DNA of 64,000 nucleotides from Octopus sinensis (taxonomy: Eukaryota). The DNA is taken from contig NC_043004.1 of assembly GCF_006345805.1 (NCBI RefSeq), positions 80,042,001 through 80,106,000 of the forward strand, in the 5' to 3' direction. Made by a program: the position numbers and the translations under genes. Below, in pieces: positions 1-13,170 of the stretch (within the stretch, counting starts at the first letter, position 1; each line of letters starts with the position of its first letter). The notes beneath the pieces are model-generated. The model saw only the letters and a list, made by a program, of their open reading frames with translations, ran no database searches and had not been told where the DNA came from.

Positions 1-2440
1 CTGACGAACCAACAAGGTAAGTTGACAGACGAACCCGAGGAGATGTGTGTCAAGCTTTTCAGGACCACTTCGCCCAGCTCTTTGGGGGGGGGGCGGATGG
101 GAGGAGGGACCTTACGGACCTCCTCGACGGACTGCCGCGCGCTCGGAGCGGGACGCGGAGTGTAGTGAGAAGCCGATCACGCCTGAGGAGGTAACAGAGG
201 CCATGGCAGACTGCGGTGCGGGTAAGGTGCCGGGACTTGATGGTCTGCCCTACGAGCTTTATAAAAGTATGCCGGACTTGTTCGGGGACTTACTGGCGAA
301 CGTCTACGCAAACTGGCAGCAGAATGGGTTTATACCCAAATCTGTGCGCCGGGGAGTGGTGACACTAGTCAGGAAGGACCAAAGCAAGGGGGACGTCATG
401 GATAATTTCAGGCCCATCACTCTGCTTAACGCAGAGTTGAAGATTTTGGCCAAAGTGTTATCGAACAGATTGGCGCGTGTCGCGAATGGACTGATCGGGA
501 AAGTGCAAACGTGCGCCGTACCGGGCAGAACCATTCAGGACAATCTCCATCTTATTAGATACACGATAGAGGGAATGGATAATGATCCCGGCAAGGGAGG
601 GGCAGTGGTCCATTTAGACCAGTCAAAGGCTTTCGATAGGGTCGACCATCATTATCTGGTGTCCGTTCTGGCTCAGTTCGGCCTAGGTCTTGGCTTCCTC
701 AGGTGGATCATAGAAATGTACGACAACGTCGACTCGGAAGTTCGGGTGAACGGCTTTCTTTCTAAGCCGTTCAAGGTCAAACGCTCGGTCCGTCAGGGAT
801 GTCCGCTCTCCCCGCTTTTGTATGTAGTGGCTCTTGAGCCGCTGCTGCGAAAACTGAGTGGCATCCCGAGGCAGCGGACGACATCATTATCATCGTGACC
901 GAAATGGACCTCCTACGTAAAGTAGGCAAGGCCATAGAGGTTTACGAGACGGTGACAGGAGCAAAATTTAATCGGGAAAAGTCAGTCGGCTTGCAGCTCG
1001 GCACCTGGAGAGGCAAGTCGATGCCTCCAGACAACGTCGTGGGACGTTGGACGGAGGGTCCGATTAAGTAGCTCGGGGTCTGGTTTGGACCAGGCCTCCA
1101 AATAGAGAGGAACTGGGGCGAGGTATCGAGCAGGGTGGTCGCAGTAGTAAAGACCTGGTCTTGGCGGTGGTTATCCCTAAAAGGTAGGGCGGAGGTAGCC
1201 AATGTGTTTATCGCATCGGTGATCACCTACCGCCTTGCCGTCGTGCCTTGCCCGGATTCGTGGTTGACCAGGTTGGAAAGACAGCTCTTCCGCTTCTTGT
1301 GGAAGGGCTCGAAACCACTTGTGAGACGCTCTATTTGTTATCAAAAACCGTTAAAGGGTGGACTAGGATGCCGTGGCTAATGATGCGCAGAAATGCGCTG
1401 AGGCTAAGGCACCTGTGGCTCCAACTGGATGGTGAACGGGTGTGGTCTCCGCTGGCGAAGCAGATGTTCCCCAGGTTCACTAGTTTCGGTGGACGGGAAG
1501 AGTGGTATAATCGTAGATCGAAGTTGGGTACGTGGTACACGGAGTGTCGTACGGCACTCCGACTATTCCGTCACTCGGGCAATGCCTGCGGCAGTGGTTC
1601 TACCACTGTGTTTTATAGAGGGTTGGTAGAGGCCGGTAACGATGATACGCTAGGGGAAACCCTAGGTTTCGACGATAATAAGCTGGCCAGTCTGTTCCAA
1701 CGTACATTCGGGCCGAAGGCACTGGATAATTTCCAGAAGTCTTTGGCTTGGCAGTGTTATCGAGGAGCCTTACCTGTTCGGGACAAACTTGCAAGGCACG
1801 GTGCCCCAGTCAGCCCGACCTGTTCGAGATGTGGGCGAGACAGGGAAACCGTCTCGCACGCGATCGTGCAGTGCCCGGAGGTGACAGATATGTGGGTTTT
1901 TGCCGAACAACTGATGTCAAGTGAAGGAAGAGTACAGCTATCAGCCGAATCCATTGTAAAAATCAGCCCACCTGATTTTTTAACGAAAGAAGGTAAGAAT
2001 TGTTTTCTCTCTGTGGTTTCAACTGCGAAACAGGCAGTATGGAAGACAAGGGTGAAAGAAATGCCAACAGGCGACTTCATCTCCGGTTCTGGTCTGGTGG
2101 AATACTTTAAATTCCACCTGAAAAGACAAATACAACTGGAGAGGAGGAGCCTGAGTAAGAAAGTGTTTGATGAAAGGTGGAAAAATGTGGTGAGTAAAAG
2201 GTCCCTCACAAATACGAGATAGGCTGTAAAAGAAAAACACAAGGCTAAGTGTCGTGGCGGGGAACGTGGGGTCCGTGGACCAGCCCCACTACATTCTGTA
2301 ACTTTGTAAAACTGTCCATTGTGTAATCATTCGAATTTTATTTTTCATCCAGATTTTTAACTGACCCCAAAAAGCATATAAATGTATTTCATCATTCGTA
2401 AGTTCTATGTCGCCCCTAGTGGGTAATAAAGAAACAGAAA
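1..2440 (+). mobile_element. Tx1/L1-clade non-LTR retrotransposon, decayed ORF2 (RT + CCHC) and 3' UTR; runs off the window's left edge
   Basis: ORF 47-898 has PGLDGLPYELY, FRPITLLN, DQSKAFDRVDH and QGCPLSPLL. ADD then GAKFNREKS follow in another frame, with a premature stop in IK*LGVWFG (~1069). ORF 1248-2222 has CSRC..ETVSHAIVQC. The element ends GCCCCTAGTGGGTAATAAAGAAA (2412-2434). Confidence 0.92.
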
Positions 2441-2699
2441 TTCGTCAAAGAAATGAATTTTCGGGATGTAGCCTGGAAGGTTTTTTTGTATTAATCGTTT
2501 GGACTTTGTGAACACATACCAATTGTTTTCATAACATTTTTAACGCTTTGGATTAAATGTGACCATTTTGCGTTGAGTCTGCAGTTTGAATCACTTTAAC
2601 CAAATTTTAGCAGGGCAGATTTTTGATCATCACGATACATCACCAGCGTCTCCCTGAAACTCTCCCTGAAATCCCCGTTGACAAATCTATATATACGTC

Positions 2700-2835
2700 T
2701 AATTGTTAAAGAGGACAATAAATGCTAAGGCAAGACAAACATCTCAAGTCAAATACATTATTATTATTGGAAAAATATGTATATGACTTGAGATGTTTGT
2801 CTTGCATTAGCGTTTCTTGTCCTCATTAACAATTA
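2700..2835. repeat. Foldback/MITE-like inverted repeat, ~51-bp arms (2701-2751 / 2784-2834), TA at both ends
   Basis: AATTGTTAAAGAGGACAATAAATGCTAAGGCAAGACAAACATCTCAAGTCA is the near reverse complement of TGACTTGAGATGTTTGTCTTGCATTAGCGTTTCTTGTCCTCATTAACAATT. Confidence 0.8.
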
Positions 2836-2839
2836 TATA

Positions 2840-3217
2840 TCTCTCTATATAAAGCTGAAGCTGTCTGTCTATGGCAAGTTTGGTAGCCTTCAACTAACAC
2901 TATCTCCTCCGAGACCCAGCGGCGCAAGTTGACCGAAATTGAGAGTATGATAGAAGAAGGCTTGCTCTTCCTTCCGTAGAAGAAAAAAATTGAAATCAGA
3001 CCATGTTAACATCAAAAATTATTTACATCAAAAAGTTGCTTTTTTTTTCTATGAAAATCCCTATTTTTTACGATTTTTTGACTGCTGTGTCGCCATTTTT
3101 CGGTGTATTTCAACCAGAAAAATGTTCACTTAAAGAGAATAACAAACTTTTACTTTTCAAAAATTCCAATTCTAAAGGATCGAAACAAACCCTAGCAACG
3201 CCGGACGATACTGCTAG
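2840..3217 (+). mobile_element. Non-autonomous Helitron-type element
   Basis: Starts A|TCTCTCTATATAAAGCTGAAG and ends CCCTAGCAACGCCGGACGATACTGCTAG|T (5' TC, 3' CTAG, between A and T). The ends match 16371-16763. Confidence 0.7.
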
Positions 3218-4568
3218 TATACATATAATTCCCTGCGTGTGTGTGTTTCCCCTATGCACGACCAAACCGCTGAAACAATCTCTACTAAATTTGGCATGAC
3301 GGCTTTTCATTACTCGAGGAAGGGTCTAGAGGGTTCAAATTTTGGCCCTTGCCCAAATAGGGGCAATAGCTTCCCCCACCCCCACTCTCTATACGACCCT
3401 TCCGGTTTCTTTTATGTTTTTCAGCGGATTCCTATTTTCTCGATAACGAAGATTCCGAATATGCCAAACAAATCTGTTTTCAAAATTTTAAATTCCTGCC
3501 CCCTCCCAAATTTTAAATTAACTTTTTGTCATTTTTTTTCTTTTTTCAATCTACGTGGAAAAATACGGAGATTAAGAATATGGTAAAAACACTTTTTTAA
3601 TTTAAAATGTTCAATGAAGGATTCCAAAATTGATCCATTCACCCCCACCCTCGCCTCGTCACCCCATCCCGTTGTCAAAAACTGAAAATGAACTGCCAAA
3701 AATCACAGTTAAATGTCTGGAAATTTTCTGTGTTTGTGTGAGTGCGCGCACAATAACTTCTACAGCTTATGCGAATGTACAGAGAAAGTAAACAGAAATA
3801 TGTTTTACATACCTGTCGTATACGTCGGTTTTGTTTTTTCGCTTTAAAGGTAAACGATTCTGATAGATGCAAACATGATATTGAATAATTCTCCGTCATA
3901 GGTCTACAACCCCACCTCTTCTTTTTTTTTTAAATAAAGATAAACGCCTTTTAATTGTGATAATGAAACAAGGGTTTAATCCTTATCGCCAAAATCAATT
4001 TTTCTTGCAAAAGAAAGGATGGCATTTTCTCTCTTTTCCAATAGTTAATTATAAGAGAGAATATGTTGGTACCAAAAACGCTAAAACTTTGCTAACTTCA
4101 TGGATCTGTCACTGAACCAGGTTTCTAATTTCATTGCATACACACTTTCCTATCATTTATGTAGAGAATTGGTAACATGGCATATAAAGATAACTTATTT
4201 TAATAGAATTTATACGAGTACATTTCTGTAAATATTTTTCTTGCGCACTAAAACCATCACCCCCCTCCCTAAACACACACTTGCACATATACACACGCGG
4301 ATTTACATGGAAGAATTCCCATTTTGGAAGTAAGTTAAAGGTTTTACTATTTGGAATGAAGAACACAAACATAGGTGCCGAGCCAGTGACTAAACCTGTG
4401 TGCAATAATATTGTTTCACTTTTATTCTTTCTCTTTTAATTTTAACGTGATAACACTAAGATCACCTTATTTTACACATTTACCGTTCAATTGCCAGTTA
4501 ACAACAATCAAGGTTGCAAGGTATTTACAGTTACATATTAAACCTTAAATTAACATTTAATACATCGA

Positions 4569-4604
<36 letters not shown>

Positions 4605-5180
4605 GAAATTTATCTATAATAATTATTGTGCCATTTACCGTTAAATTAGCAGTTAGAACATGTGCTTCTATTTGGTTAATTTGCTTATATTTGGCTCATT
4701 TACACAATTTGCTTATATGTGGCCTCTCTCTTCAGCTGATCATGTGACCATTTGGCGTCAATGTATAAATATTAATCAATTTTATCTACTTCTTCCTCTC
4801 TTCTTTCTTCTCTCCTCCTCCATCTGTCACTCTTCACCGCTCACTCACTCCACCTCAACCTCTCTAATTAACTGATGTATAACGGGTGAATGAACATGCA
4901 GATTATCATATATATATGTGTGTGTGTGATATAATTTAGAAAACACAGTAAAAGGTTGTCATTCTAGTACTCGGAGTTGGGCTTTGAGAAGACAGTCACG
5001 CCTTTTCTTTTGTTTCAGGAAACATTTTCGCTTCTATAACAGAGAAACCGAAAAGCAAAATCAGAACGATTATTTCAAAAGACATAAAGCAGACGAGATT
5101 TCTTCTGTGAGAGAAGTGATAATCCTTTAACAACTAGTAAAGCATTTGAAGTTCCATCTATCACAATATTGTAAACAAAT

Positions 5181-5535
5181 ATGCTTTGCTTCTCAGTTAG
5201 TCACGACATTCATATAGCAAATGTTTACGTAATTATTTTCTCAATGCTATTATTCCAAATATGCTTGGGCATTAATGTAGCATTCAGAGAATATTATGGG
5301 ATTCGTGTTCCACCTCCTCTAAATGCCATTCCAGAAGATGACAAATTAATTCAGATGTCAAACATTCGATCACGAATTGAGTGCTTCTCTCTTTGTATGA
5401 CATATTCCGAATGTGGTATGACTATTTACAGCGTTTCCGAGAAAGTATGCATCCTGCGTAAAATCAAGCAATTACCTGGTGCCTCATCGTTCATCGACAT
5501 TCCTGCAAACAGTATTTACACCATGCTACAAGCCC
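5181..5535 (+). CDS. Lectin gene copy 1, exon 1: signal peptide + PAN/apple-like module
   Basis: Hydrophobic N-terminal stretch VYVIIFSMLLFQICLG; C-x3-C-x5-C-x11-C motif (IECFSLCMTYSECGMTIYSVSEKVCIL); phase-1 donor GTGAGT at 5536; near-identical paralog at 47976. Confidence 0.8.
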
Positions 5536-7117
5536 GTGAGTAGTGTTTTGAGATTCTTTTCTATTTTACATGATGTGTATATATTTACTTTCCATCATCC
5601 TCTAGTAGACCCTCTTCAAGGAAACCAATGTTCAAAGAATAGTTATGTATTTCTTTTCTATTATTCTTTACCTTCCACCCATTCTGAATGTTCTTCTAAT
5701 TGAAGCAGCATCAGTCATATCCCTAACTATGTTTTTGACCTTTTGCTTTCCATATATTTCTTTCAGATTAATTTACGTTTCCCCTTAAATGTGTTGTTGT
5801 TGCTGTTCTTGTTGTTGTGGAAGCTATGGTTAATCCTGATAGTTAATGGTTAATCCTTAATATGATCAAAGGCATTTCCACCGTAATTATCTCATGTGTT
5901 TTAGTGCTTTCTAGAACATATATCATCTTATATGTTCTTTCTCTAAGACGAGGATATGATTTCAGTGAGGTTTGGCTGTTCGTTATAGAAGGTCGAACGA
6001 ACATAGAGAGATTTCAATTACACTTTTTTCTATTCAACGTAGATGACAGAAAATACATTTTAGGGTACTGTACAGTGAAATTAAACTCAAGATAGCGTCT
6101 TAACCGCGCAAATACTACCACTGTGTTATCATTCTATTGTATTCAAAGTATATGGCATAGCGTGCACACAGCATTTCTTAATTTAGTCATTTATTACAAT
6201 ATTATGGTTGTTTATTTCGTAAGCTTGCATGCACTGTCATCTCTCACAGGTTCATTATACTTGCATTTTAATTACACTAACCTTCACACTCATATCATTG
6301 CTGGATTTCTTTAATGAAATACCTCAAAATTTACAAATGAATTATTCTACTGTTCTCCTGTTCTATCTTCAGACGTAATGTCTTCGCTGAAATCGAAAAT
6401 AGTTGTGAACTGTTTCATTAGATTTCCCCAAATATTTCACCACAAACTTCGGGAATATCTTGTAGTATAATATAACGAGGGACAGATACTAAGCTGTATT
6501 TACCAAATATTTCATCTCACATTACATGATATGAAGAAAGCGAGAATAAGAGAGAGTGAGACAGAGAAAGAGAGATAGATTGAGAGAGACAGACACACAG
6601 ACAGAGGGAGAAAGTTAGCAATGAGTGCGTGCTTGCAGTTAAACTAACTTTCTACTGTTGACGTAAATCCTTCAAACAAAAGAATCACTTAACCACGTAT
6701 GCGTAGCAGGAACAACATTAACTAATCTTATACACGCACAACTCTAGGTAAGTTTTCAATAAACGTATAGATTATTGTTTCTAAGATGAGCACTAGGCCA
6801 GAAACAAGACCAAATACTGGTGTCTATTTTATCAATACAACTGTCGTATGTTTGCTTTTATGTAATAATATCTATTTCTTTTTCAATAGTTTTGCTTTTT
6901 TGTGTCATTGTACATGTTGTCAATAGTTTATTTGCTATCGCCAATATGTTTTACACATACTATTATACTACCATAAATATGCAGCTTACTAGTTGTTGTA
7001 TCGCACGTTCGAGGTACGATATAACGGGATAATAATAACGTATTAGCAAATCGTTCCACTCAAGATGCTAGTATTGACCCTCGACAATACGCTACTCTCG
7101 GCTTTTTCTCTGCTTAA

Positions 7118-9471
7118 TTCTTTATTAGGCACAAAGGCCCGAAACACAGAGCGGACGGTACAAGGACAGACAGAACAATACAAGTGGGGAGAAAAAATTA
7201 TATGAAAAATGAAAGTGAAATGGCCACTCGAGTCCCACTTTCGGGTGGTTACATTTAACTGGGGGTTTTTTCAGTTTTTTTTTTATATCAAACTTTCATC
7301 AATAAAAATTGTACTTACTGTATTTACTAGTTCAGGCGCTGTATTATGTCTTTGTAATCTACGACTGGAGGTAGGGTTCTGTTTCCACCTCCTCTCCTAA
7401 CGGGTCAATTAGTGAACCAAATATTTTATCTTAATTTTGTGTATTTTTCTCCGTCTATTTATATACATTTGGTGTATTCCGATTTCGCCTCAGCCAGAAA
7501 TTTCACTCTGAGTGTTTTGTTTGTCTGCATTTAGGTCTGTATTACTACATGGGGTACTGGGGATGTATTTCTTCCGTTATCACATTTAATTCTTCTTGGC
7601 TGACTTGGACCACCTTTTCCAGTCCATAACTCCAACAATTTCAACAATTTCACTTCTTAGTTCTTGTGACATGCAATATTTTGATTTCTTCCGTTTCATA
7701 AGTTATGGCTACTACCAACCATGCTTCCTCTATTTCTGGCGGTATCCTGCCAACCTTAATGCTCACGACTCTTTAACCGCAGTAGGTTGGCAGGAGCGCC
7801 CATTCCTGTGATCTCAGAGGTACAGTGGAGTGATTGATTGCCTCTTCTTCCGTGGTAAACCTCACCTGCACTTTGCCGTACTTTCTTCCTCTGGTATAGC
7901 AGATGGTTACACTTTTGACATTTTCTAGGCATATTTCTATAGCCTCCTCCGTCACTATCTCAATTTTCTTGCTGGATAAGGACAGCGTTCTGTAGCACAC
8001 TGTCCTCCTGGTACTATTGGTCATTTCTTCTGGAGGAGTCAATCGCAGGCTTTCCCCTCCTTCTTGAGCAGCTCCCAGTGACTTCCAATCTTCTCGAGGT
8101 CTGTTACTACCTATCGAAGTAGTCTTTTCGTTTTCTTTTTCTATTTTATATTAAAAACTTGCTTACTTGTTTTACCAGTATACGGTTTCAAATCGTCATA
8201 GTCCACGACTAGAGGTGAGTCATCATATGCCACCTCCACTCCTAATGGGTCTATGTTTGTCCCGAACCATTCCTTTAAGTTAGCATATCTTTCCGTGTCT
8301 ATTAGTATACGTTTAGTGTTTTCTGTATATTCTTCAACCGATAATTTCACTCTAATCACCGATTTGAACATGGTGATTTTTCGTTCAATTGCCGTAGATT
8401 TTGTGTATGTCACAATAAGCGCTTTGTTTTTTCAGGGCCCTTTGAGGGACTGTGTGTTATGCTTGTCTGTTTGTCTACAAGGTGAACTCGGACTATCTGG
8501 AGTTGATTCCTTTTTTTATTGGTGTTACTGGTGGTGATATTTGCTGTGTGAGTGTAAAGTGTATCGTGTGTTTGCTGTACAATGTCTTCTGTTTTACTAT
8601 TTTTCTTTTTCTTTTTTCGACTTTTAGTGGGATGTATTCACTGTTTCCTTTCTCATTCTTTTGGGTACTTCTGTAAATCCCTCTTCTTCTCTATCCTCCG
8701 TACACTTCTCCTGTGCGGGGCTTGTCATTTCGGTACTCCGACTTTGTTCATACAGATTTTATCTAGTTTCATTGTTTATCTGGGGGCACTTTTTTATGTG
8801 CCCCTTCCGTCTACTTCCGTAGCAAGTGAGGAGTCGCTCCTCCACTGAAACATTTAGTGTTCCCTCATCTGGGAGTTCAATTACTTCTGGAATCTCGTTC
8901 ATATCCGCCAGAGTTATGTGAACCAGCAACTCAAGGCCGTGTCCCCAGCAGTTTAGTTTCTGCGTTCTTGTAGCTGACCCTATGCTGAGCTCTTCTTTTG
9001 TAGTGGATAGGACTGCCGCCGCTATCCATTTCTTCTTCATTTCCGGAGGAATCCTACCAACCCTTACTCTGTTTATTCTTCTACCCAAGTAAGTTGGCAG
9101 GAGCTTCCATTCCTCATTTGCAATAGATACAGTGGAGTTCTTAATGCTTCTTCTGTTGAGATGAATCTCACCTCCACTGTACCGAATTTCTTTCCACGAG
9201 TGTAAGAAGTTTTTTTTTCCTTAATACATCTTTCGATATCCTACTCTTTCGCTACTTCCATTTTTCATTCTTTCGTGTTGAGTGTCCTGTCAATAACAGT
9301 TTTCATTTCTATTTCTGCTAACAAGTCTTCAGGAGGAGTCAGCTTTACTTTGCCTCCCTCCTTTTCGGTAAACTTCTTACATTTTCGCAGTTTATCAATA
9401 GGTACATTCATTTAACCGGCTACTGCTGCGTAGCTTCCACTTTTCTTTGCACCTGGCATCTCCACCTCCAT
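7118..9471 (-). mobile_element. Decayed putative ORF1-only (HAL1-like) non-LTR element with two tandem ORF1-like cassettes and a Tx1-type 3' tail
   Basis: Unit A (9471->8141): ME..SYAAVA, LTPPE, YTRGKKFG, LLPTYLGRR..GRIPPE, degenerate knuckle CYGSRRKGHIKKCP, C-terminal IDPLG.EV. Unit B (~8110->7300) repeats LTPPE, YTRGRKYG, LLPTY, GRIPPE and IDPLGEEV. The tail ends GTGCCTAATAAAGAA. No EN/RT sequence seen between. Confidence 0.6.
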
Positions 9472-9816
9472 TCCTCGTGCAGATAGAGAAGCAACAAAAA
9501 GTACAAGCTTGCTTAACAAGCTATGTGTTTAAATTACATTAAAAATTCGTCAAACAATTCAACAAAGTAACAATTTTTACAAACAACAGTTCAAAGATTC
9601 AACAGTTCAAAATTAACACCAACCTGGGCCGAAACCAAAATTCAAATAAATTGTATACAAGATCTAAGAACTTTGGGAAAAATAAGCCAACAATTGGAAT
9701 TCAACATGGAACTGGAGCAATAGAATGAATACATTACAGAATTAATTCTCATCCGTCTTTAACCTCAGATCGAACACCACCGAGGCATATAGTCATTATA
9801 GCCGTATCATGGTGAA

Positions 9817-9954
<138 letters not shown>

Positions 9955-10864
9955 TTTTGGCTCGCAGACCCAATTAGCCCTCCGCAGAAGCTACCTTAAA
10001 TGTCCGCACGGAATACGGCCTTTAAGCTAGTGCTTCTTGCGCCTTTGTTCCGATCCTAGCTCCATTGTATACAGTGATTGTAGTCAAGAGTTGCTCAAAG
10101 GAGACGTACGTACGTTTAGCTATGAAGAGTTTGTTTATTCACTGATATTTGTATTTGTTGTGTTTTTTCAAAGTAGACAATAAGTTTAGTCAGAATTAAT
10201 TTAAAATTGTTCACAGCTTCCTTTCAGGTAGCTATTAATTTTACACTTGTAATTAATCGTACACATTTAGTGTTGTTTTGTCTGTGAATTGTTTAGAAAA
10301 GTTTCTTCGCTTTTTCTATGTATCTAACGTTACAGAACCGTGTTTCTATAACTATGTTAAAATGTATATAGCCATTTATGTAACCATTAAAGTTAGAAAG
10401 GTTACTTCTTTAAGCTTTAATGATGTAATAACCTGTTCATAAATATACACGTTCATAAAGAGGTGAAAACTATCAAAATAGGTGAGTTTAGCACCAGCTC
10501 TTAATCATGCATTTTTAATGTTGCTGGCTGAAATATCGTCTGGTCACACTGTCTTGCATTTTAATGAATAAAGGAACTTTTAGAGCTGCTAACTATGTTG
10601 GCGGGAGGTTGAGAGAGTGCTGAAGAAAAGTAAATTCTAGAAAGAGATTTATTGTGCATGCAAAAGCAAGACTGGAATGGAAGTGTCTATAAATTCTACT
10701 TGCCAGTGTACAGATACAAACCATTTTTAACTGAGGTGCACTTGGTAAGAGACGATATTTCTAAGTCAGTTAATGGTTAAAAGCCACCTGAAATTAGAAT
10801 AAGCTATTACTTTACCGCATGATCTAACAGAAGAAACATATTTCTCTTGCCCACCTATATATAG

Positions 10865-11044
10865 CTGAATGTCCTACATCAGCCGGCTACACTTACCAAC
10901 CAGAATTGAGATTGTGTTATCAAATAGGTTCAACGAAAATTTCATGGAATGAAGCTGCAGACAATTGCAATAAGGATCGAGGACGACTTATTCACATTAG
11001 AAATTTAGAAGTAATGAACTATCTAAAAGCACTATTACCATGGG
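10865..11044 (+). CDS. Lectin gene copy 1, exon 2: N-terminal half of C-type lectin domain
   Basis: Acceptor TATAG|CT; encodes PECPTSAGY..LCYQIGSTKISWNEAADNCNKDRGRLIHI; donor G|GTGTGC. 180 bp, the same length as paralogous exon 56904-57083. Confidence 0.85.
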
Positions 11045-11191
11045 GTGTGCTACATTTTACTATTTTATACACACTCATTCACACACAAAAACTGTCTCTC
11101 TCTTTCTCTCACTCTCTTTCTCCCTCTCTCTTTCTCTCTCTCCACACACCCAAATGTAACCAAAATATATATCTAATATAAACTATAACTG

Positions 11192-11589
11192 TTTACTCTT
11201 TTGCCCCTTTTTTACTTGTTTTAGTCTTTTCACTGTAGCCATTCTGGAGCACCGCCTTTAGTCGAGCAAAACGATCCTAGGACTTATTCTTTGTAAGCCT
11301 AGTGCTTATGCTATCGGTCTCTTTTACCGAACCACTACGTTACGGTGATGTAAACACACCAGCATTGGTTGTCAAGCGATGTTGGCGGGACAAACACAGA
11401 CACACAAACATATACACACACACGTACATATATATATACATATATACGACGGACTTCTTTCAGTTTCCGTCTACCAAATCTACTCACAAGGCTTCGGCCG
11501 ACACTTGCCCAAGGTGCCACGCGGTGGGATTGAACTCGGAATCATGTGGTTGGTAAGCAAGTTACTTACTGCACATCCACTCCTACACC
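11192..11589 (-). mobile_element. tRNA-derived SINE family A (CR1/L2-type tail), full length
   Basis: Homologous to 26969-27346, 35703-36090 and 46540-47498; internal (TA/CA) microsatellite; tail GGCGGTGCTCCAGAATGGCTACAG..AAACAAGTAAAA. Confidence 0.85.
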
Positions 11590-13030
11590 TACTTACAACA
11601 CAGCCACTGCTAATATTTTCATTTAAAATTTTATGCCATTTCGCAAATTACATTCCGTTTTACTTCTAATTTTTCTCATATTTGTACTTTCTACTCTGAT
11701 TATTTCTTTTTCGATGAGAAAATACACCAAGTTTTGATAAAATATCGAATGCAATCATTTAATTTCATATATGTGTTTTAAAGAATTGTCATTTATTGTC
11801 AATGAGTTTCAAAAGAAAATAACTTTGCCAGTTCAAAAATACTTCAGTTATGATCTATTTTAGATTTTATTCTGTTTGTTACATATTCAAATTCGAGTAG
11901 AATGTTGAGACAATGGAAATATTTTGTTATAAATCGTATTGTTATAAATTGTTGGAGATTTTACAGAATGTAATTTCTTTTCAACCAATGTTTTCGTATT
12001 ATGTAACATCTTTTGGACTACACCCTCTTCAATATTAGTAAGGACAATTGTCATGACGGTTTAGAGCATTGAATTACCTTATTGCAGGAACATTACTGAC
12101 AATATAAACATAGTCTCAACGAAATGGATCCCTTTATGAATTTTGATTTTGGTTTTAATCGACATAGCGCCAATGCGTATAGTAAATCTTTAGTGTCGAT
12201 TTCATTGATCAGCAAATTCATAAGAAGCATCCTTTCAAATTTAAATAATATGAAAGTTTAATTCTCTTCAGTAGTGAATTCATATGCAAAGAGACTAAAT
12301 AAATAATTTACCTACCATATTAGTTAGTTCAACTTTTTTCATTGTAAATAATTAGTTATATATATGATGAACATGTAACCGTTCTCAAGCCACAAAGATC
12401 GATAAACAGATTTCAGCATCTACGTTAATAACAAGAATATAATTTATATTAATATATACGACAGGTTATGATTCATCGAAGACCTCGTAATGATTTCTAA
12501 CGGGCACAAAACCTAAAATTTGAGGCGGGTCTATTACATTGATAGCGGAGAAATATAAGGCGTAGTTGACCTGGGCGGGATATAAATTCACAATGTAAAA
12601 AGTCATTAACAATTTATGTTTCAGCTTAATACTCAACGAAACTATCAAAAGAAATAATAAAAGAACAATTAGAACTAAAACTACAACAGTAAATGCTTGT
12701 TGTTAACTTTGGGGTTTAAGAATCCTAACATTCATACTTATATTTCTCTGAGGTAATATATCTGGTAAAAGATCATGAGCAAATTCAATTTCCATTCTCT
12801 GGCTATTCTGTATGCAATCCCTTCAGATTGTCAAATACAATATTTCTCGGAACATCAGTGTTGTTCGACCGGCTAGAAACCACAGTTAAATTATCTTTAA
12901 GTCGCACCTACAGTCACGAGAAAATAACGACATATAAGGCCTCGTGCACGTAGTTATGCACAAAAAGACTGGTGTCAAGAATGAGGTGTCTTTCATATGA
13001 AGTCGTCTTCTTGCTTGGAGCAATCCGAGG

Positions 13031-13079
<49 letters not shown>

Positions 13080-13170
13080 CACTACTACTACTACTACAAT
13101 TACTACTACTACTACAACAACAACTACTACTACTACTACTACTTCTACAACCAATACTAATAATACTATT
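13031..13170. repeat. (CTA)n/(CAA)n microsatellite
   Basis: Direct reading. Confidence 0.95.

Noticed and set aside
3219-4400. Possible further Helitron-type element (GT repeat, AAATTTGGCATG) and ORFs 3003-3586
   Set aside because: No clear TC start or CTAG end found; the ORFs have no motifs.
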